A stretch of 64,000 nt of DNA from a bacterium (GTDB lineage Bacteria; UBA8248), in assembly GCA_963692865.2 (NCBI GenBank), contig OY843592.1:1984001-2048000 (forward strand), in the 5' to 3' direction. Within the stretch, counting starts at the first letter, position 1. Each line of letters starts with the position of its first letter. The notes below the pieces were generated by a model. It saw only the letters and a list, made by a program, of their open reading frames with translations, had not been told where the DNA came from and did no database searches. Positions 57,247 through 64,000 of this stretch are shown piece by piece. Position numbers and translations under genes: made by a program.

Positions 57247-57879
57247 ATGGCGTACGGGCTTTCGCCCGAATGCGGCGGGGGCGCGATAGACGCGCGGGGG
57301 CTGGGCTTCGCGCTGGCGGCCTCCTGGCGCGGGGAGAGCGGCTGGTACGCGCGCGGGCGCTTCTCGCTGGCGAACTACGACGTGGACCTCGCCTCCGAGA
57401 AGCGCGGCGCCCTCAAGCGCGATTTAAGCGGGAGCGCCGGTTCGGCGGACTTCGAGGCGGGCAGGCGGCTGGCGCTCGATAAGGTGCGCCTCACGCCCCG
57501 GCTGCGGCTGGCGCGCTCGGAGGCGGACGCGGAGGGGTTCGCCGACGCGAGCGGGGCGCGGGTCGCCCTCGCCGATGCGGCGCGGTTCACGGGCGGCGTC
57601 GGGGTGTCGGCCGAGACGGCGCGCGCGCTTTATGACGGCGGAAACCTCTCCCTGCGCGGCTCGCTGGACGTGGAGCGGACCCTGGGCGGGGCGGAGACGG
57701 CCGTGAGCGTCTCGGGCGAGAGGCTCGCGTCCGAATCCGCCAAGACGCGCGTCCTGCTGGGCCTGGGGGTGGACTACCGCAGCGGCCGCTTCGCGGCGGG
57801 CGCCGCGGTCTCGGCGGGCGGCCTCGGTTCGGACGACGCCTCCTACGCCGGGCGGGTCACCTTCGGGATGAAGTTCTAG
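57247..57879 (+). pseudogene. Orphan C-terminal part of an autotransporter beta-barrel
   Basis: Amphipathic beta-strands (GWYARG, EAGRRL, LTPRLRL) and terminal YAGRVTFGMKF beta-signal; no signal peptide or passenger; very high GC. Confidence 0.7.
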
Positions 57880-57932
57880 GGAGCGCGGCGCCTCCCGCGT
57901 CCGCCGGGCCGAACCGGCAATCCCTCCCTTCC

Positions 57933-58916
57933 GGTGTTGTTGAAAAACCTCTCTTCGGTCGGCGACGTGATGATCCCGTAGGGGCAGCCCCTCCTCGGGG
58001 CTGTTCCTGCACACGTCGTTCGAATGGCGGTGTAGGGGCCGCATATCATGCGGCCCGGATTGTGAAGGCGAAAAAAGGCCGGGTCGCATGATATGTCAGA
58101 CATATATGTCTGACCTACAAACAAATTGTCTCTGTCCGGTTTTTTCAACAACCCCCTCAAGGGGGGAGTGAAATTCGGTGCGCTCCCTCTGTGAGGCTTT
58201 TTCAACACCCCCTCCTCCCCCGGAATGGACCGCCGCCGTCATTCCGGCGAAAGCCGGAATCCATTTGCGGATGCGAGTGAATGAACGGCGGCGTTTTCTT
58301 CCCCGCCGATGCGCGAGAACCCCGACGAGAGGCAAAGGGCGTAAAATGGATTCCGACGAACCCTCATTCATCAATCGGGTTCGACCTCCCTCCTCGGTCG
58401 GCTCCGACGCCGGAATGACGGAAAAAAGGCCGCCGCCGCAAAATCACCCCCCCTACCCCCCCTACCCCCCCTTGTCCGGGCCGTTGAAAAAGCCCCATTG
58501 ACGGGAAAATCCCATGGGAGCAACCTGCTCTGGCCGCCTTGTCGGGGGTTGGTTTTGTATGTCGGACATATATGTCCGACATAATATGCGGCCCGTCGCC
58601 GGAGAGGCGAAAAAAGGCCGGGTCGCATGATATGCGACCCCTACGGACCAATCCCGACCGAGGAGGGGGGGCGCCCGTCGGGCGCGTCATCCCGAGCAAT
58701 CGCTCCCTTCTCGGTCGCGTCAGACACCCATTCATCAATCGTGTTTGACACCCGCAGGCGCGGACTTCGCCCTTCGATACGCGGCTTCGCCGCTACTCAG
58801 GGTGAGGCGGAGAGGGTTTTTCGACAACCCCTCCTCACTCGCGTTTGACCCCTGGCAAGGGGGGGTGTAGGGGGGGGGACGCCTTTACCCTGCCGGGAGG
58901 CTTTTTCAACAGCTCC
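57933..58916. repeat. Largest composite repeat mosaic (about 1 kb, multiple nested ends)
   Basis: At least 2 left and 4 right GTTGAAAAA/TTTTTC(A/G)AC ends, plus most module types. Confidence 0.85.
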
Positions 58917-59515
58917 GTATGCAGTCCTTGTGCGCCCCCTCGAATGACGAATGCAGGGGCGGACCTCCCTTCCGGGCCGTGTTCGATCTCGCGCGCATTT
59001 CCCCGCATTTGCGCTTCCCGCGCCGAGCGGGCGTTCCGGTATGGTGGCGAGGCGTCCGGCTTCTCCACGGAGGCGGAGCGGGCGGATTCTCTCCCGCCCG
59101 CCGGGGCGTCACCCTCGCGGCCCTCTCAGGAGGAAGACCCGATGCGGGCCGAACCTCACAAGCCGTCTTTTCCCGCGGACGGGAGCGATGCGGCGCAAAG
59201 GCCCCGGGGCGGGAGGAAAACGGTGGATTCGGAATTCCTGAAAAATTGGATAAATATGTATAAATTCACGATGTTTTTCGGTAAATTTCCGAGGTAAAAA
59301 AAACACATGATCCATTGAATTTCTTAATGGAAACAGCCGTGTTTCGCGGATCCGGATCCTCGCCGGAAGGACTCGATTCCGGCCGGGCGGGGCGCTATCG
59401 TATTTTGTATTGGACGATGGGGAAATAGAATGGTAAATTTCGTTCCGGCTTGATGGAAAGCGTTTCGGCCTCGCGGGAGTCAGAAGACGGGCGAGGCATT
59501 GATTCTAGGGGGAGA

Positions 59516-59797
59516 ATGCGACTCATGCGAAAAATGGCGGGTATCTTTCTGGCGGTCGGTATGGTTCTTGTGGTTGCGGGCTGCGCGACGCCCCAGCACA
59601 ACGTCTGGTTGAAGCGCGGCGTGGGCGTGAAGATGGAGCAAGCCGTGAAGGACCTGAAGAGTTGCGCGGCGAAGGAGGAGTTCATGTTCGACGCGACGGC
59701 CAAGGGCGGCCCCGAGGCGGTCAGTTCCGCGTCGTCGTATGAACAGAGCAAGTTCGATGCGTGCATGACGGCCAAGGGCTTCAAGAAAAAGAAATAA
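59516..59797 (+). CDS. Small putative lipoprotein
   Basis: Basic N-terminus, hydrophobic stretch and VAGC lipobox; two further Cys (KSC...ACM.AKGF). Confidence 0.75.
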   Translation: MRLMRKMAGIFLAVGMVLVVAGCATPQHNVWLKRGVGVKMEQAVKDLKSCAAKEEFMFDATAKGGPEAVSSASSYEQSKFDACMTAKGFKKKK

Positions 59798-59965
59798 ATT
59801 CCAAGGGCGCGAGCGGTGAACCGCCGGGGGGCGAGGCGAACTCCCGGCGGGCGCGCTTCATGATTTTTTCGCAAGCCTCGGGAAGAGCCGGAGAATCCGT
59901 TCTCCGGTTCTTTTGTTCTCGGGCGTGAGCGGGCATCGGGAAAAGCCGGGAACCGGGAGAACGCA

Positions 59966-60526
59966 ATGAACCAGGGCGAGGGGCCGTCGCGCCGGGAAGT
60001 CGAGCGGGCGGCCGATCTCAAGACTTTCGAGGACCACCGCGCCGAAGGGCCGGACGCCGTCACGTGCGGCGTGCTCACGGTGAGCGACACGCGCACGGAA
60101 GAGACCGACACGAGCGGAAAACTGCTCATGAACATGCTCGGCGACGCGGGCCACAAGGTCGCCTTTTACCGCATCGTGAAGGACGAACCGGCGCAGATTC
60201 GCGAAGCCCTGCTCGAGGCCTGTTCGGAGCCCGAGGTCCAGGTGGTGATATCGAACGGGGGAACGGGCATCACCAGGCGCGATACGACCTACGACGTCGT
60301 CGTTTCCATCCTGGAGAAGGAAATGCCCGGCTTCGGCGAGTTGTTCCGGCACGTGAGTTTCGAGGAAATCGGCACGGCCGCCATGCTCACCCGCGCGACG
60401 GCGGGTACCTGCCGGGACACCATCATCATGACGCTTCCCGGCTCCGGGAACGCCTGCCGCACGGGGATGGAGAAAATCATCCTTCCCGAGATCAGCCACA
60501 TGGTGCGGGAGGTGCTGAAGCACTAG
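59966..60526 (+). CDS. moaB: Molybdenum cofactor biosynthesis protein MoaB/MogA family
   Basis: VLTVSDTR...DTSG, GGTGIT.RD.T, PGFGELFR and LPGS. Confidence 0.92.
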   Translation: MNQGEGPSRREVERAADLKTFEDHRAEGPDAVTCGVLTVSDTRTEETDTSGKLLMNMLGDAGHKVAFYRIVKDEPAQIREALLEACSEPEVQVVISNGGTGITRRDTTYDVVVSILEKEMPGFGELFRHVSFEEIGTAAMLTRATAGTCRDTIIMTLPGSGNACRTGMEKIILPEISHMVREVLKH

Positions 60527-60671
60527 GGTTTCCCGTCCGGGATTCGCCGCGTTCCCGCACCCCGCGGCTCGATGAGGAATTGCTCAATCGCTCCTGAAAT
60601 CCGGGGATGGGCGGCCTGGAAACGAGGTCGGGCTCCGCGTGGGGCGCCCGGCGGCGTTTTCCTCCATCAAG

Positions 60672-60700
60672 TTGACACGAGATATCCAAAAGACTAGTTT
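60672..60700 (+). promoter_or_regulatory. Sigma70-type promoter upstream of coaD
   Basis: TTGACA-17 nt-TAGTTT. Confidence 0.6.
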
Positions 60701-60759
60701 TAACGCGCATTTTGCGCAGGGCAGCGGCCCTTTTCGTTTGATTATGAGGTTCGGCTTCC

Positions 60760-61245
60760 ATGGAAAGTCACGCGGTATACCCGGGAACCTTCGACCCGCC
60801 GACGAAAGGGCATTTCGACGTCGTTCGCAGGAGCCAGAGGCTCTTCTCGAAAGTCACCGTGGCGATTTCCGTTCACCCCGCGAAAACGCCTCTTTTCAGT
60901 TTCGAGGAGCGCAAGGATTTTTTCCTCGAGGAATTCAGGGAGTCCAACCAGATCGAGGTCGCGAGCTTCGAGCGAGAACTGCTCGTGGATTTCGCCTTGA
61001 AAGTGAACGCCCAGGCCATCATTCGCGGCCTGCGCGCCGTGAGCGATTTTGACTACGAAATGCAGATGACGCTCATGAACAGGAGGTTGAGCGAGGAGAT
61101 CGAGACGATCTTCCTCATGCCCAGCGAGCAATACAGTTTCCTCAGTTCCAGCCTCGTCAAGGAAGTCGCCTCGCTTGGCGGAGACGTGAGCGAGCACGTA
61201 TCCGCGTCCGTGCGGGAAGCGCTCGGCGAGCGGTTCCGCAGCTGA
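60760..61245 (+). CDS. coaD: Pantetheine-phosphate adenylyltransferase
   Basis: YPGTFDPPTKGH, IRGLRAVSDFDYE and SSSLVKEVA. Confidence 0.97.
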   Translation: MESHAVYPGTFDPPTKGHFDVVRRSQRLFSKVTVAISVHPAKTPLFSFEERKDFFLEEFRESNQIEVASFERELLVDFALKVNAQAIIRGLRAVSDFDYEMQMTLMNRRLSEEIETIFLMPSEQYSFLSSSLVKEVASLGGDVSEHVSASVREALGERFRS

Positions 61246-61273
61246 CATTCATTTCCCAACTCTGGAGTTTTTC

Positions 61274-62470
61274 ATGCGTTTCGCATCCCGAATGAGCAAG
61301 CTGCCTCCCATTCCCACGCTGGCGATGAACACCAGGGCGGCGGAAATGAAGGCGCAGGGCATTGACGTCATCTCGTTCGCCGCGGGAGAGCCCGATTTCG
61401 ATACCCCCGAGCACATCAAGGAAGGAGCCGTCCAGGGTCTGCGCGACGGCGCCACGAAATACACGGCGGTTCGGGGCATCCCCGCTCTGAGGGAGGCGGT
61501 TTGCGATTGGGCCGAGGAGCACAAGGGTCTCCGGTATGACCCGAAAACCGAAGCGATCGTCACCGTGGGCGGCAAGCAGTCGGTATTCAACGCCTTGCAC
61601 GTCCTCGTCGAGGAGGGCGATGAGGTCGTCATCCCGGCGCCCATCTGGGTGGCGTACGAGCCCGTCGCGACCCTGACCGGCGCGAAGCCGGTGCTGGTGG
61701 AGACGAGCGAGGAAAACGGCCACAAGATGACGGCCGGGCAGTTGCGCGAGGCCGTGTCGGCGCGCACGAAGATCGTGGTGATCAACAGCCCGTGCAACCC
61801 TTCGGGCTGCGTCTACAGCCGCGCGGAACTGGAGGCGATCGCCGAGGTGGTGCTGTCCACCGACGCCATGGTCATGTCCGATGAGATTTATGGGAAAATC
61901 ACCTATGACGGCGAAGAACACGTGTCGATCGCCGGTTTTTCCGATGAAATGAAAGCAAGAACCCTCGTTCTGGACGGGTTTTCGAAAACCTACGCGATGA
62001 CGGGCTGGCGGATGGGCTATACCCTCGCAAGGCCTGAAATCATCGAGGCCATGGACACGCTGCAGGGCCAGAGCACGAGCAACGCCACCTCCTTCGCCCA
62101 ATACGGCGGGGTGGCGGCCCTCAGGGGGTCGCATGACTTCCTGAACGAATGGCTGGCGCACTACGACGCGAGGAGAAGGGCGATCGTCGAGGGATTCAAC
62201 TCGATCGACGGGCTGAGCGTCGTGAACCCCAAGGGCGCGTTCTACGCCTTCCCCCGCGTGAGCGGCGTATTCGGGCGTCAGGGGCCGGACGGAGTATTAA
62301 AAAATTCAATGGATGTGGGGCTCTACCTCCTCGAACACGCCCAATGCGCCGGCGTTCCCGGCGCAGGCTTCGGCGCAGACGATTACGTGCGCTTCTCGTA
62401 TGCCACGTCCTTGGAGAACGTAAAAGAGGGGATCGAGCGCATTCGAGCGGCCCTGGGACAACTGGGCTGA
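61274..62470 (+). CDS. aspC: Aspartate aminotransferase (class I/II PLP)
   Basis: GEPDFDTP, NSPCNPSG, SDEIY and FSKTYAMTGWRMGY. Confidence 0.9.
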   Translation: MRFASRMSKLPPIPTLAMNTRAAEMKAQGIDVISFAAGEPDFDTPEHIKEGAVQGLRDGATKYTAVRGIPALREAVCDWAEEHKGLRYDPKTEAIVTVGGKQSVFNALHVLVEEGDEVVIPAPIWVAYEPVATLTGAKPVLVETSEENGHKMTAGQLREAVSARTKIVVINSPCNPSGCVYSRAELEAIAEVVLSTDAMVMSDEIYGKITYDGEEHVSIAGFSDEMKARTLVLDGFSKTYAMTGWRMGYTLARPEIIEAMDTLQGQSTSNATSFAQYGGVAALRGSHDFLNEWLAHYDARRRAIVEGFNSIDGLSVVNPKGAFYAFPRVSGVFGRQGPDGVLKNSMDVGLYLLEHAQCAGVPGAGFGADDYVRFSYATSLENVKEGIERIRAALGQLG

Positions 62471-62685
62471 TGCATGGCCTGGGACGAGCGCTTCAGATTC
62501 TCGCCATGGTGGACTGCGGCGTCGCCTTGCTCATCGGCGTTTCGAACCCTTCGGCCTACGCCATTCAACTCGTTATTTTGGGTTCCGCCGTCATTCTGTT
62601 TTCTCTCGGGCGTCTGGTTCAGAAGAAGGCATATGCCCGCTCCATCGGCGGGCAGGATCACTCACCCATATCCGAGAGCGAATGA
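62470..62685 (+). CDS. Small two-TM membrane protein (71 aa)
   Basis: ATG overlaps the aspC stop (TGATG); two hydrophobic helices. Confidence 0.65.
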   Translation: MHGLGRALQILAMVDCGVALLIGVSNPSAYAIQLVILGSAVILFSLGRLVQKKAYARSIGGQDHSPISESE

Positions 62686-64000
62686 GGGTGTCGACGACTG
62701 CGCGGCAAAGGTTGTTTCACGACTGGTGGGAATCGTCTTGCGAGCGTTACCTGCGTGAGAATTTCGGAGACGTAGGCGAGCAAATCAGACAAACCTTCAC
62801 CCGAATGCTTTTTCCTCTTCAGGCGGAACCTGTTTTGCCCGAGCAGGTTCTTCCGCTTTCTTTCATCCATCTGAAGCTGTTGGCCGGTGAGGAATTGGGG
62901 TTCGTGCTGCAGCGAACGAACAAGCTGGCGGCGCTCTTCGGCGCCCGGGGCGCCAGACCGGCGGTCGGCTCATTATATTTGATGCTGACTTCCCTGACGT
63001 CGAGACCCGGGAAACTGTCCTCCATGGCGAAGGCGCAATCGGCGTTTTTCAGCCTGTTGCTCCGGCGCATGGCGAACCAGCTCGATGTAGGGGTAGCCGA
63101 AGACGTTCTACGAAAAGAACTTTCCGATGTCTGGGAGATTCAGACGGAACCGGCTGCAAGGGCCACCCTGGAAGGCGCCCGAGGCCTTTGGAGACGCTCC
63201 AGTGCCCCGGATATGGGACTGGTTTCCTTGCCGGTGAATCTGGATTCATGGCTCGAGGACAACGGCTTGACGGAAAATGTCGCCGAAGCCCGGAAAATGT
63301 ATCGAGACGTGGGTGAGGAGCATCATTTGTCCGAATTGGTTCGTCGGTTGGCGGCGATTGAGGGGTTGAGAGTTTCGATTCAAACCGGAGAGGATATCGA
63401 GCGAATTACGGTATGGGAAAATATGCAGGCCGGCTTGATGGGAAGCCTCGACGGCGTCATGAGCGGTATTACGCCCTGGGAGTCGGAAATCCTGCGTCCC
63501 GCGCCTCCACTATTCATTTCTCTGCTTGCATGGGCGAACAAACTTCAGTTGTTGGATGAAGGCGAAACGCCCACGGCTTACCCCGGCCGTGAGAGATTGC
63601 CTGACTGGATGAAAGATTTTTTGAGCGAACAACATCTCGAAGGCGATATTCTCTCTTCATCGAGATTCACCGTGGGCGGTGAGACTTATATCGTGGTCGG
63701 CGTCGATGCTTCCGCTTCTTCTGAACTTCTTTCGGTCGTTATCGATGCGCCGGAGCAGGAGGATTCGACTTCGCTGGGTTTTGGCATTCGATTCGGAGAT
63801 GGAACGAAAAAATCATTTCCATTCGATCTGGAGAACGGGCGAGACCTATTGGCGGCGCTCTATATGGCGGAGCAGGATGATGTGCGATTGGATCTCATCG
63901 TCCGGGGAACGGACAGGAGTTGGCGTTTCGGAACGTCTTTCTACTTGATGATGCCACAAGAGCATCGTGAGATTTGGGTGCGGCGCCTCCTTGCTTTTTT
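62682..64000 (+). CDS. Hypothetical protein, more than 439 aa, truncated by window end; absent from the ORF track
   Basis: ATGA overlap with the upstream stop; frame read by hand stays open to 64000 (MRVSTTARQRLFHDWW...EHREIWVRRLLAF). Confidence 0.75.
   Translation, partial: MRVSTTARQRLFHDWWESSCERYLRENFGDVGEQIRQTFTRMLFPLQAEPVLPEQVLPLSFIHLKLLAGEELGFVLQRTNKLAALFGARGARPAVGSLYLMLTSLTSRPGKLSSMAKAQSAFFSLLLRRMANQLDVGVAEDVLRKELSDVWEIQTEPAARATLEGARGLWRRSSAPDMGLVSLPVNLDSWLEDNGLTENVAEARKMYRDVGEEHHLSELVRRLAAIEGLRVSIQTGEDIERITVWENMQAGLMGSLDGVMSGITPWESEILRPAPPLFISLLAWANKLQLLDEGETPTAYPGRERLPDWMKDFLSEQHLEGDILSSSRFTVGGETYIVVGVDASASSELLSVVIDAPEQEDSTSLGFGIRFGDGTKKSFPFDLENGRDLLAALYMAEQDDVRLDLIVRGTDRSWRFGTSFYLMMPQEHREIWVRRLLAF

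Noticed and set aside
57933-58916. Repeat mosaics as a CRISPR array
   Set aside because: The repeats are of several types, in both orientations and irregularly spaced; linkers recur, and no cas genes are present.
59220-59515. Riboswitch (for example Moco) upstream of the lipoprotein/moaB genes
   Set aside because: AT-rich promoter-like DNA with weak hairpins only; an Rfam covariance scan would be needed to support a call.

Overview
GC-rich bacterial chromosomal window, mostly housekeeping and metabolic genes. It holds a complete heat-shock locus (clpB; dnaK-cbpA-like-hspR-htpX-grpE-dnaJ-DUF1844-rpoZ), queA/trmJ/HU, a membrane-bound Mo-bisPGD oxidoreductase operon (FeS-NrfD fusion, catalytic subunit, TorD chaperone), korAB, an ABC/FtsX/AttH cassette, a four-domain rhodanese, several catabolic enzymes, and moaB-coaD-aspC. 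Three features are missed by the ORF track. (1) Two convergent genes at 529-2349 each have an in-frame TGA in a redox motif followed by a SECIS-like hairpin: an ArsC-like UxxC protein and a CUAEP-tail B12/radical SAM protein, both probable selenoproteins. (2) About 12 intergenic mosaics are built from a MITE-like family (ends GGG(T/C)TGTTGAAAAA, one perfect 8-bp target duplication) filled with variable GTAG- and CGTC-type palindromic modules; two copies supply the stop codons of host genes. (3) A small, compositionally distinct island carries an AbiEi/AbiEii-like type IV toxin-antitoxin pair, a two-site palindromic operator and a truncated caspase-like third gene. No rRNA, tRNA or CRISPR array was seen. 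All family calls come from motif recognition by eye, not database searches.
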